A stretch of 38,906 nt of DNA from Basidiobolus meristosporus CBS 931.73 (Eukaryota; Fungi; Basidiobolomycota), in the NCBI GenBank assembly GCA_002104905.1, contig MCFE01000759.1, positions 1 to 38,906 of the forward strand, written 5' to 3'. Under the pieces are notes generated by a model, which ran no database searches, had not been told where the DNA came from, and saw nothing but the letters and a program-made list of their open reading frames with translations. Below are positions 10,437 through 21,988 of this stretch, in pieces. Numbering within the stretch: position 1 is the stretch's first letter; each line of letters begins with the position of its first letter. Both the position numbers and the translations under genes were made by a program.

Positions 10437-13400
10437 TGTTATGATATTCAGGTCTGGTTCTCCCACTTTGCTGGTGTAACAAGACCTGTCTTTATTTTTA
10501 CCACAGGATCTGCTTTTAACACAATTCCCAATTGCTTGCATAGACTATTGTCTCAAGTTTGCCCAACAGTGAGCATATAATGAAGCATTATCACATGGTG
10601 ACATAACTATATATGTTGTGATCATCTGAATGTTTGGGTTGGGTTTCAGACTGATAACATTTTCCCCTTCTTCAGTTGATTCTTCTCCTAAAGGATCTTC
10701 AGCTTTAAAATACCAAATTTTCTTTTCAGGAAATGGTCCCCCTTGAAGGGCTACTTGGTGGACCAACATTATCTGTATTTGCTCATCAAGGTCTACTAGC
10801 TGATATGTTGAAGACAGCATAACTCTTCTAATTGTGAATGGTCCCATCCAGTATGGTTGAAACTTCTTGTGGTCTTCCTTACGCATTAAGACTCTTGTTC
10901 CTATCTCAAATTCTTGACTGCTTGCATTCTTGTCATTGTTGTAAAAATTTGTAATTCCACCTAAATACTCACCTAACTTAGTCACTTAGATCATTACCTT
11001 CAAATCCTAGAGAATACTGACCAAATTCCTTGTTGGGATTTACTTCAAATATTTTCACCAAAATATCAGGTACCCAGAATATGAGAATTAGAAAAGTTGT
11101 CCAAACAGCCCCAAACTTTGCACAGATGTTCTTGAGACCTTCCTAACCCTATTTTACATGTTTGTTATGCCAAGACCATGTAAAAGTATAAATACTACTT
11201 TTACATTCAATAAATCATCAAGTGAAAACCACATAATCTACTTGTTCTCCCAATCACTTCCAATATCTCCAAGACTCTTACAACAGTCATAACATAAGAT
11301 CATTTGCTGGCCTTGGTTTTCAAGTTGCTTTAACACTTCTTCCCTCTTATGATCTAGACTTTCCAATTCTCTAATCTGTCATTCTGTTTCATCATTTTCA
11401 TCATTGAGGTCCCAAAGATCTGGATGCAATGTGTCACCAGGTATCATGGGTTCCCTCCCATAGACAAGATAAAAGGGCAAGTATCCTGTAGCTATGCAAG
11501 ACTGTATTTGACATGCAAATAGTGCTTGCTGTACAAAATCATCCCATTTATGTTGTGCCCCCTGAACATAAATTGTCAACATTTGGCTAAAGAGCCCATT
11601 GAAGTGTTCATTGACCCCATTTGTTCTGGGGTGAAAGGCGGATGTTTTTAAATGTTTGATCCCCTGTAATTCTATGTAGTTCTTCATGATACCCTCAATG
11701 AAGTGTTGTCCTCTATCTGTGAGAATTTCCTCAGTGCATCCAAACTGTAAAGTGTTATCTTATACAGGAAATTGCTACTTCTTTTGCGGTAGCTTTTCTT
11801 ATTGATTTGGCAATTGGCCACTTTGTTGTGTGGTCAATTGCCATTATTATCCCCTTGTTACCTCTCCTAGTGTTGGCAAGTCTTCCAATGAAGTCTAAAC
11901 TCCATCTACTAAATGCTGGGACTTGGGGTAACAATGTAGCAATGCAGCCTGCTGCTTCCTGCTTTTTATTAACTGACAGTTAGGGTAGAATTGTATGGCC
12001 AGTGCAATACTTTCTGCCATATTTGGCCACAGGTTAGCATATACAGACAATACAGAATTTCTTGGTCTTGATATTTTCTGCACAATACTTCTTCATTAGC
12101 TTGGAACTTATCAAGTTCTTATAATACTAACTCATTGACTTCCATAGTTGTTCCTTCAGGGAAGGTCTGATTGCAACAGTACTCCACCTACTGCCCAAGA
12201 TGAGGCATTTGTTGTCAAATAAAAGATTCTTGTGAAATCAGTACTTTTCAATACTGGTGTGTTCAATAAAGCTTGCTTCAACCCTTGGGATGCTACTTTA
12301 CAGTTTGCTTCTGGAATTATTTTTGCCACTACATCATCACTGAATGTAGGTGTACTCCATGAGACATAAGTTTTCTTTTTAGCTAAGACAGTGTTTTAAG
12401 CTGCTAATTTGACATCTTGGCTCTTTGTTGGTTGGATTAATAACTTGAGTTTCTTTACCAATACTTCAGAGATGTAATTATCACTTAATCCAATGTCTAA
12501 AATAACTTTCACTGGTTGACTACTAATTTCCACCAGCCACTGAATTACCGGCTTTATTGGTTCTTCTATTTGCCAATTAAGCTCTTCCACCATGTGTAAG
12601 ATATGTTGTTCTTTTATTGTATTCAACATTTCTTCAGAGTCTTCTACTTCCACTTTGAACAGCTTATCCTTCTTACACTTAGAACATTCATCAAATTGAT
12701 GGCCTTCTTTTTTGCAACACAGATTGTGTTTCATGCAATATTCTTTGGTTTTTTGATCCAAGATACTGTCAATATCCAACAGCAGATTTTTGAAGTGGTT
12801 AGTAGAACTACTAACTGTTCCTTTTTGGACTAACTTAGCAAGTTTATATCTGGCTTGCTTTGTAGCTGTTATTGGTTTAAACTCTGTTACTGATTCTTGT
12901 TTGAATTCCCTCCATGTCTCAATTTCATCTTCATGACCTTCATTAGACCTTCTTAAATACAATCTCCACCACAATAATGCTCTTTGGAGCGGACTTGAAG
13001 CGTATTCAACTTTCTGAGACTGACCAACATTTGTGAACTTCATATACTTCTCAACTTGAAATATCCAAGTGTCCACATTTGATTTTCCTTCATAAGTTTC
13101 AGGCTTTGCCAACTTTACCCAATTAGATTCCGGACTTCCATATGCCTTCAAAATATCTTCTTTTGTAAGCAAATCTTCTTGTGCACTATATTGTGCCTTC
13201 AGCCACTGGTTCTCTTCCTTTAATTCTTGTAATTGCTCTCTTAACAATGCACTTAAGTCTTCACCAGGGCTACTACCTTCAGTACTCTTACTAGTACTCA
13301 TCTTCTCTTCTTTTTCCAGAGGATTTACAATGAATTGTTGCTACCAGATGTTATGATATTCAGGTCCGGTTCTCCTACTTTGCTGGTGTAACAAGGTCTG

Positions 13401-13525
13401 TTTTTATTTTTAGCGCTGGATCTGCTTTTAACACAATTCCCAATTGCTTGCATAGAATATTGTGACATAACTACTTATGTCATGATCATCTGAATGTACT
13501 GTTTGGGTTTCAGACTATTGTAACA
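10437..13525 (-). mobile_element. Internally deleted Ty3/gypsy element (family C): gag, partial PR, RT deleted, RNase H and IN remnants; 11 bp upstream of tRNA copy 5
   Basis: LTRs 10437-10659 and 13349-13525 (the latter with a deletion); PBS TGGTAGCAAC; PPT next to 10660; gag ORF 12396-13301; IN ORFs 11379-11687 and 10545-10935. Confidence 0.88.
10937..11285 (+). mobile_element. Solo LTR (family I) nested in the family-C integrase
   Basis: TGTTGT...ACAACA with 5-bp TSD GTCAT; removing it restores the in-frame QMILCYDKNAS; TATAAATA and AATAAA inside. Confidence 0.85.
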
Positions 13526-13536
13526 AAAATGTAGAG

Positions 13537-13607
13537 GCGCTGTTAGTACAGTGGTAGAATTGAAGCTTCCCAAGCTTTAGCCCTGGGTTCAATTCCCGGA
13601 CAGCGCA
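13537..13607 (+). tRNA. tRNA-Gly(CCC), copy 5 (4 substitutions; function doubtful)
   Basis: All four differences are CpG transitions (GCGCTGT, CCCTGG, TTCAATT, ACAGCGC); the B-box TTCGA is hit. Confidence 0.8.
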
Positions 13608-14173
13608 TCACCTTTTTCATTTAATCAATGGCATTCCTTGAACCATCACACTACCTCCCAAATTTTGGAGCAACTTTAGAATTTCCAGTAGAAGGGAATC
13701 CATGCACTTTTACCATTTCAACGCCTGTTTTCTGTACCATCAAAGTGAAGAGATTTAAATTTATGAATCATCAATCTTCCAAAAACACACTGGACCAATT
13801 GAAATAATAGGTCAAAATGTGTATGTTTGTAATAGAGTAGTAAGTTAAAGAGCAGAGTGGCCTTGGTATTCTGGTAAACTTAAGGATCAACTGAGCACAA
13901 GTTCCATCAGAGCCCTAAAACTAGGAAATATTGCGGAAACCCACAATAATGGCAGAAATCATTCCGAATCTTGAAGGAGCTATGTAATTGACAAGAAAAA
14001 TGAAGTTGGTGTATTTTGAGCACAAACGGGTCAACGCTGAGATCACCCAACTAGGCTTTGATCCACCGGTGATTTTACAGTTTCTCCAAATGTTGTGTTT
14101 TGATGGATATGATATACTCTTGGTTGTACGGTATTCATTTTTGGAGTGCCTGTAAACGGGAGCAAAAGATTGT
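13608..14173. repeat. 566-bp spacer between convergent tRNAs; reverse complement of 27172-27737
   Basis: Same length and near-identical in opposite orientation; differences mostly CpG transitions. Confidence 0.9.
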
Positions 14174-14244
14174 TGCACCGTCCAGGAATCAAACCCGGGG
14201 CTAAAGCTTGGGAAGCTTCAATTCTACCACTGTACTAACGGCGC
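14174..14244 (-). tRNA. tRNA-Gly(CCC), copy 6 (3 substitutions; function doubtful)
   Basis: All three differences are CpG transitions, including the B-box. Confidence 0.8.
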
Positions 14245-14255
14245 CTCTGTATTTG

Positions 14256-17200
14256 TGTTATGAAATCCAGGCCAGTTCCTGTCCTTCTGTTTGGTGTAAC
14301 AAGGTCTGTCCTTTATTTTAGCATAGGATCTACTTTTTATACATTTCTTGATCATTTGCATACAACTTGTCTTACTTTAGCCCATCAGTCTTTGACCATC
14401 TTTGATGATTTTTGGTGTTGATGCATCTCTATACGCAACAACTTGCTGCCTGTTCTGGTTGGGATTCAGACTTTCATAACATTTTCCCCTTCTTCATTTG
14501 ATTCTTCTCCTGAAGAATCCTTGTCTTTATGGTACCAAACCTTCTTTTTGGGGAATGGTCCGCCTTGCAATGCTATTTTTAGTCTATCTTGGTGGGCTAG
14601 CGTTTTCTGAACTTGGCCACTCATATCTACAAGCTGATATGTTGAGAATGGCATTATTCTACTTACAACAAATGGGCCCATCTAGTACGGTTGAAACTTC
14701 TTGTGGTCCTCCTTTTGTATTAGAACCTTTGTTCCAACTTCCAGCTCTTGGTCACCTACATTTTTATTGTATTGCAATTTCATTTGTTGACCTTGACTTT
14801 CAAGTCTTTTTATCACTTCCTCTTGCTTGTGGCCTAACGCCTCCAATTCTTGTATTCTCCATTCTGCTTTATTGCCTTCATTGTTGAGATTCCAGAGGTT
14901 TGGCTGTACTGTGTCACCTGGGATTTTTGGCTCTCGTCCATATACTAAGTAGAAGGGTGAATACCCTGTAGCTACATGGCATTGTATTTGACGTGTAAAA
15001 AGTGCCTGTTGCACGAATTGTATTGTTGCAAGTATTCTATCCAATGCAGCATTCTTCTTGATAAGGTTTTTTGAGTATTAACAAATCTTAGACTTGCATG
15101 ATATGTCCAGATAATACACTTTTTTCCTTCTAGGTAGCATTGCCACACTTTCAAACAGACAATTATTGCTAATAACTCTTTTTTGTGTGTTGGATATTTA
15201 TGTTCTGCTGCTGAGAGTTTTCTACTTTTGAACGCAATTGGATGCTCCTGTTTGTCCTGATATTGTGACAGTACTCCCCCTATGGCCCATAGTGAAGCAT
15301 TGGTTGTTAAATAGAAGGTTTTTGAATAATCCAAGCTTCTCAACACTGGGGCATTTACTAATGCAACCTTCAACTGTTGGAATGCAACTTCACATATTTT
15401 TGACCAAGTGCATGTCCTTTCTTGCTTCAGTAAGTCCATCAGTGGTGCTGCTATCTGTGCAAAGCCTGCTATAAACTTTTGGTAATATGACGCTAACCCT
15501 AGAAACAATTGTAGCTTGGTTATTGAGTTTGGGTATGGCCACTCTTCTATTTTCTTTACTTTCTTATTGTCAACTTTCAGGCCTTCTGTGGTAATCACAT
15601 GTCCTAAATATTCAATTTCTTTTGTATTGAACTGACATTTTTCCTTGTTTGCTACTAATTTTTCTCTTTGCAAAATATCAAAGACAGTTCACAGATGGTC
15701 TTGATGTTCTGCTAGTGTTTTGCTATATATTAATATATTATCTAGGTATACTAATTTAAATTGATCTAGATATTGATGAAAAATGCTATTCATCAATGTC
15801 ATTAAGGTGGCTAGTGTGTTGGTGAGTCCAAAACTCATTACCACAAACTTGTAATGGCTGTAGCATGTGCAGAATGCTGTTTTCTCATTATCACCTTCTT
15901 GAATTCAGATTTGGTAATAGCCGCCTTTTAGATCTATCTTTGAAAACACCCTTGCATCATTCAGGTTGTCAAACAGTTTGTCAATTTGGGGGAGTGGGTA
16001 CTTGTTTTTGATTGTTGCTGAATTTAGGGCTTGATAGTCCACACACAAGCAAAGTGACCCATCCTTCTTCTTAACAAACAATACCGGTGCTTCAAACAGC
16101 AATTTACTTGGTCTTATATAACCTTTCTCTAACAATTCAGCTAATTGTTTTTTTAATTCTTGTAGCCCCAATGGACTCATCCAGTAAGGCTGTTTTGACA
16201 CCAGTGAGCTGCTTTCTAGATGAATTTTGTGATCCACACTTCTTTTTGGTGGTGAGCCTTTGAGTACTGTGAACACATCTTGGTACTCATCCAAGATACT
16301 TTGGATATCCTGCATGTTGTTGGTTTGCTTGGTGTCTTCATCTAGAATGCTGTATATAAATTCAACATTGCTTTTGTCTACTTTCCTTGTTGCTTTAGAA
16401 AGTTGTGACTTTGTAATTACAAGTACCTCCTCTTCTTTTAGCAGTTCTGTGTTTGGTTTACAGATTACCTGCTGCCTCCCTTCCTTATATACTGCCACTT
16501 CTTGTGTTTGCCAATTGATGACAGGATTTTGTTTGTACAGCCATGATTGTCCTAAAATTACATTGAAGCTTGCATTGGTAATTATTTTTGCAACCACTTC
16601 ATTGCCGTATGTTGGAATGCTCCATTGAAAGTTTGTTTCACTCCCAATTTGTATGGGGCTTTGTGCCACCAACTTTATATACTTTTTTCTAGTTGGTTGT
16701 ACTATAAGCTTCAGCTGCACTGCCAACTTTTTGGATATAAAGTTATCTCTTGCACCACTGTCTAGGATAATCTTCACAGGGCAGTTGTTTACTTGGGCTA
16801 CCCATTGAACAATTGGTTGTGTCTGCTCCTCCTTTTGCTTGTTAAATTGATCCACCATATGTATAATATGATGGTCCTGTATTTCATTCAAGGTTTCTTC
16901 AGTGTCCTCATTATCCTGTTCAGTAGCTTTACTTTTCTTCCATTTGGGGTACTCAAAAAATCTATGACCTTTCTTATTGCACTTAAAGTACAAGTTATGT
17001 TTGATGCAATACTCCTTATCTTTTTGCTTTGGTGTAGACTTCTTGTCAGCTTCATATGCTTCTTTTTTTGTGCTGTGTACATTATCAAACATAATCTGGT
17101 CATATCTTTCTGCAAACCTGTGGGCCTCTTTAAATGAGCTAGGATCTTGAAGCTTCACTTCTTTCCTAGTGGACTTTTGGAGTCCATGTACATATTGATC

Positions 17201-18032
17201 CAGTATTTCATCTTCCAATATTCCATCAATTTCTAGTAGAATACTTTTGAATTCATTGGTATAGCTGCTAACTATTCCCTTCTTAACTAGCTGTGCCAGT
17301 TTATCTCTAGCATGTTTAGTTGCTGTCACAAGCTTGAATTCTGCCTTCAATTCTTGCTTAAACTGGTTCCACTTTTCAATTTCAACTTCAAGTCCTTCTT
17401 GAACACTCTTCATGTGAGACCTCCACCACAATAGCGCCTGTCCCCTGAACAGACTTGATGCATAATCAACCATTTGCATCTTACTAACATTTGTGAATTT
17501 TAGGTATTTTTCAGCCTGAAAAATCCAAGAATCCACAATTGACTTCCCATCAAATGTATCAGGCTTTGCTAACTTTACATGACCGGATTCCAAACTTCCA
17601 TATGCCTTCAGAATATCTTCTTTAGTAGGCAACTCTTCCTGTGCACTATACTGTGCTTTTAGCCACTGGTTCTCTTCTTTCAATTCTTGCAATTGCTCTC
17701 ACAGCAATGCATTAATGTCTTCACCAGGGCTGCTTCCTTTAGTATTCTTGCTAGTACTCATTTTCTTGTAGTTTGGAGGATTATTTGTTGTTTTGCTGTT
17801 ACCAAATGTTATGAAATCCAGGCCAGTTCCTGTCCTTCTGTTTGGTGTAACAAGGTCTGTCCTTTATTTTAGCATAGGATCTACTTTTTATACATTTCTT
17901 GATCATTTGCATACAACTTGTCTTACTTTAGCCCATCAGTCTTTGATCATCTTTGATGATTTTTGGTGTTGACGCATCTCTATATGCAACAACTTGCTGC
18001 CTGTTCTGGTTGCAATTCAGACTTTCATAACA
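14256..18032 (-). mobile_element. Degenerate Ty3/gypsy element (family D): gag-PR-RT-RNaseH, most of IN deleted; 11 bp upstream of tRNA copy 6
   Basis: 226-bp LTRs at 14256-14481 and 17807-18032 (5 differences); PBS TGGTAACAGC; PPT; ORFs 15905-17692, 14972-15673 and 14466-15044; RT motif YLDN; flanks do not match. Confidence 0.92.
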
Positions 18033-19132
18033 AAAATATGTTATGTACTTAAAGAGTAATGTCCTTTAGAGAGTGCAAAAAGGGATAACGTGTATGTTAT
18101 CTTGTAGATTTGATGGGGTAGTGTAAGAATATCTCTTTAAAAGGTTAGGGGGTGACTTTGTCGGAATATGTTCAAGCTAATATTTGTTCCTACTACACTC
18201 TTCTGCCTATAACCAAAACTCCCTTTTTATTTAGTTGCTTGTTTGGTATTTATACCTTATTGTGAGTCTGGTGATTTGTCTTTGATTTGCTTTTCCCTGG
18301 CTACTAAGTCATCTTTGTATGCGTTGTGGTAGGGTAAACATACCTCCCACAGACAAGTTTATTCATATAGTCATTATGATATACTTATCCATATTTTATC
18401 TTATCAGTATTATCCCATTCTTCTTTTGCCCATATTATCAGTATTATCCTCATATGATGTTTACCCTGATTAGTTATTAGCATTAGTTATCCCAGATGTT
18501 ATTCAGCTTTGTGATCAGTAGATGTATCTATATAAGGCAAGTACCCGCGTCAGTACCCGTGACACATGACCTAGGTCTGTGTTACCATCTCTACCATTTC
18601 AATACCATATATGGTATTTCTATGTTGCACAGGTTTCAGACTACTGATTCCTGATTGGTTGAGAGTGCTGTGCCTTTTAGAACCTTCCAGGACATTCTTG
18701 GCATATTTTTAGCTCATAGTGATGTCATCAAGAATTCCACTGATACCTAGAATCTTCTAGAACCTTGTCATTAGTAATCACTTGGCAATCAGGAAAAGTA
18801 TTTAAGGGAAAGCAATCCCTCATCAATAAATCATCCCTTCTATCAGTAACACTTCTACCTTATTGATTAGCAGTTGATCACTGCACCTGCCTTCCACAGT
18901 GCATCTCAGACCTGCCATCAAGGAGCTTTTCAAGGTAGTGCACAAGACACACAGAGGCCTTTGGAGACACTTGGAGCACCTAGGAAGCTAGAGAAGCAGG
19001 AGCTTTTACCATAGTGACATATTGACAAAGACACCAGCAGTTTAGACACAGAGGTTATTGCACCCATCAGACACCTCACAAACCTTGAGTTGTGTAGCTT
19101 CTCCCAGGAGTACCTCTACACCACCACATATT

Positions 19133-19149
19133 TGGCACCCAACGTGGGG
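19133..19149 (+). other. Primer-binding site, tRNA-Lys(CUU) type
   Basis: TGGCACCCAACGTGGGG versus the canonical Lys1,2 PBS TGGCGCCCAACGTGGGG (one CG to CA change). Confidence 0.85.
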
Positions 19150-19202
19150 GGTTTGACTGAACTGCCCCTAGAAGACTTAAGAAAGAACAAATTATCAAGA
19201 CC

Positions 19203-21059
19203 ATGGATCTACCTTTACCAGGAATGCAAGGAACCCCTTTCTTTGATGGAACTAAAGTCAAAGCTTTCATCAAGAGGTGGGAGCTTTTCTGCAGAGCCCA
19301 CAAAATACCTGAGGCCATTATGGCTGAAGAGATGCCCCCCTACAGCACTGATGAGATCATGCTCTCATTATATGAAAGAAATGATCTGCTGACAAATTGG
19401 ACCCTCTTGAAGAGCTACTTGATTGATGAATATGGAGAGAGACAAGTTGACTACACACTTCAAGACTTGGAGAACTTTGCTTATAGCAAGTTTAAGCTGC
19501 TACCATTGAAAGAATACTTGAGTGGCCTTGAGCAAATTGGAGAGTCACTGAAAGCCCAAGGCATTATCACTGATCTGACTTTATCTGCCTATCTGCTCAG
19601 AGCACTACCAGAAGGCCTGGTTAGAAGGATTGAAAACAATCCTACTGTGAAAGCTATGAGTTCACTGCCTGCATTTCAGTTAGCTAAGCAGATTTTACTT
19701 GCCCCTGAAGAAACCTCACCAATCAGAAAGCTTCTTTCAAGCCCAGGACAAAACCAAGATAGCCAAGACATACTTAATCCCAGCAATCAAAGCACTCAAA
19801 TTCAGGAGCTGACACAGCAACTAGAGAAACTCTCTTTGCTACTTGCCAGCAAAGCATATGGTCAGAAGCCAGTAGAGAAAGAAGTCAAATATACATGCAT
19901 GTGGTGTGACTCTGCCAACCATTCCAAGAGAAATTGCCAAGAGCTTCAGTCATTACTATCCACAGGTGATGTCCTATATAGTCCTCAGGGATACATAGTC
20001 AGTAAGCATGGTGACAAATTATCCACAGCATTTGGACAAGGAGGAATGAGAGTTCACTACAAGCAAGTCACCTCTCATACAAGAAAGGTTCACCTCCATG
20101 GAGAAGAAGATCCTGGCTACTTTGATCCAGCTGAAGTTCTGAACTTTGACTATGAGGATCCCAGAGAGGCCCAAGATCATATAGCTTCAATTTATGCTTC
20201 AAAGAGACACCATCCTGAAAAAATGGCTAATCTAGGCCCAGCAACAAAAGTACCAAGATGTGAGCCAGAAGTTGTGATTGAGAAGAAAGCATCACCCCCA
20301 TTAATTCTACAAGAGTCTGCCAAGACCAACTACTACCACATGCAGCCTAAAGTCAAGCAAAATGGTACCCCAGAGGCTCTGACAAGTCATATACTAGGAA
20401 GCAACATATCAATCAAGGTTGGAGAGCTACTCAGTGTATCACCTTCTGTAAGAAAGACTCTGGATGAGCATATCAGAATAAGAAAGCATCCAATTGAAGC
20501 AACTCAAGGCAACCAGGTCAGGACAGTTCAAGGAAGCCAAGATATCAGTAAGCTGCATCAAAGCCAGAAACACTACTACTCAGTGGCAACTGCAACAACT
20601 ACAGGAGCTGTGCATAATCAAGAAATCCTATGTCATATAGACAGTGGATCTGAGATATGTGTGATGCCTTTGGAGGCTTGGAAACAACTACCATGCAAAG
20701 ACCTATTGCCCATAGACACCAATATCAATTGGAGCATGAAGGATGCCAACTCAGGGCAATCAAAGCTTTTAGGAATTATTCACAGCTTCCCTCTCATCAT
20801 TGAAGGAATACCCCATGAGATCCCAGTATTCATTTGTGCAAAGGCTAACTTTGAATTACTTCTTGGAAGACCATGGGAAGTAAAAGCAAGAGCAACTGCA
20901 GTGAACTACCCAGATGGTTCAGCATGGTATACTATATACTCAGAGAGCCCAGGACTAACAGCAACCTTCTGTGGTGTGGACTCAAACAATATCCGATCAA
21001 TGACATCATGTAGATTTCTATCTCAAGAAAGGACAGGTGGCTTCATTGAGGAAGACTGA
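19203..21059 (+). CDS. 618-aa Gag / CCHC knuckle / DUF4100-like / aspartic protease polyprotein; no RT, RNase H or IN
   Basis: Uninterrupted ORF: PFFDG gag N-terminus, CMWCDSANHSKRNC, ELLSVSPSVR, IDSGSEICVM, LLLGRPW; stop 78 bp before the 3' LTR. Confidence 0.9.
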   Translation: MDLPLPGMQGTPFFDGTKVKAFIKRWELFCRAHKIPEAIMAEEMPPYSTDEIMLSLYERNDLLTNWTLLKSYLIDEYGERQVDYTLQDLENFAYSKFKLLPLKEYLSGLEQIGESLKAQGIITDLTLSAYLLRALPEGLVRRIENNPTVKAMSSLPAFQLAKQILLAPEETSPIRKLLSSPGQNQDSQDILNPSNQSTQIQELTQQLEKLSLLLASKAYGQKPVEKEVKYTCMWCDSANHSKRNCQELQSLLSTGDVLYSPQGYIVSKHGDKLSTAFGQGGMRVHYKQVTSHTRKVHLHGEEDPGYFDPAEVLNFDYEDPREAQDHIASIYASKRHHPEKMANLGPATKVPRCEPEVVIEKKASPPLILQESAKTNYYHMQPKVKQNGTPEALTSHILGSNISIKVGELLSVSPSVRKTLDEHIRIRKHPIEATQGNQVRTVQGSQDISKLHQSQKHYYSVATATTTGAVHNQEILCHIDSGSEICVMPLEAWKQLPCKDLLPIDTNINWSMKDANSGQSKLLGIIHSFPLIIEGIPHEIPVFICAKANFELLLGRPWEVKARATAVNYPDGSAWYTIYSESPGLTATFCGVDSNNIRSMTSCRFLSQERTGGFIEED

Positions 21060-21988
21060 GAGAGCACTTTGTTCTCCAAACTTACAGTGGTTAGCTAAAA
21101 AGTTCCCTGAAACTTTTTAGCTCAAGTGGGGGGTGGATGTGGTAGGGTAAACATACCTCCCACAGACAAGTTTATTCATATAGTCATTATGATATACTTA
21201 TCCATATTTTATCTTATCAGTATTATCCCATTCTTCTTTTGCCCATATTATCAGTATTATCCTCATATGATGTTTACCCTGATTAGTTATTAGCATTAGT
21301 TATCCCAGATGTTATTCAGCTTTGTGATCAGTAGATGTATCTATATAAGGCAAGTACCCGCGTCAGTACCCGTGACACATGACCTAGGTCTGTGTTACCA
21401 TCTCTACCATTTCAATACCATATATGGTATTTCTATGTTGCACAGGTTTCAGACTACTGATTCCTGATTGGTTGAGAGTGCTGTGCCTTTTAGAACCTTC
21501 CAGGACATTCTTGGCATATTTTTAGCTCATAGTGATGTCATCAAGAATTCCACTGATACCTAGAATCTTCTAGAACCTTGTCATTAGTAATCACTTGGCA
21601 ATCAGGAAAAGTATTTAAGGGAAAGCAATCCCTCATCAATAAATCATCCCTTCTATCAGTAACACTTCTACCTTATTGATTAGCAGTTGATCACTGCACC
21701 TGCCTTCCACAGTGCATCTCAGACCTGCCATCAAGGAGCTTTTCAAGGTAGTGCACAAGACACACAGAGGCCTTTGGAGACACTTGGAGCACCTAGGAAG
21801 CTAGAGAAGCAGGAGCTTTTACCATAGTGACATATTGACAAAGACACCAGCAGTTTAGACACAGAGGTTATTGCACCCATCAGACACCTCACAAACCTTG
21901 AGTTGTGTAGCTTCTCCCAGGAGTACCTCTACACCACCACAGCGTTGATGTCACTTAACATTGAGTGACTCTTTACTATGTAACAAGT

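Larger units (their letters stand above)
18325..21941 (+). mobile_element. Young non-autonomous Gag-protease LTR retroelement (family E)
   Basis: 804-bp LTRs at 18325-19128 and 21138-21941 with no difference seen; 4-bp TSD GCGT; PBS 19133-19149; PPT 21124-21137; one ORF. Confidence 0.95.
18039..21985 (-). mobile_element. Solo LTR, family A, split by the nested 3.6-kb element (pieces 18039-18324 and 21942-21985)
   Basis: Removing 18325-21945 restores GTATGCGTTGATGTCACTTAAC, as in other family-A LTRs. Confidence 0.88.

Noticed and set aside
13921-14178. 85-aa ORF and the related 63-aa ORF at 3811-4002 in the tRNA spacer as a real protein
   Set aside because: Homologous spacers do not preserve one frame or start, and no motif is recognisable.
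10437-18032. Classical RIP as the cause of the C-to-T excess
   Set aside because: Changes I could polarise are at CpG, which fits 5mC deamination better than CpA-directed RIP; a formal RIP index was not computed.
19076-19392. ORFs 19076-19318 and 19090-19392 as an extra gene or uORF of the Gag-PR element
   Set aside because: They span LTR, PBS and gag in other frames and have no motifs; 19090 relies on a non-ATG start.
21060-21137. Read-through or frameshift from Gag-PR into a hidden pol
   Set aside because: Only 78 bp separate the stop from the 3' LTR, so no RT or IN can fit.
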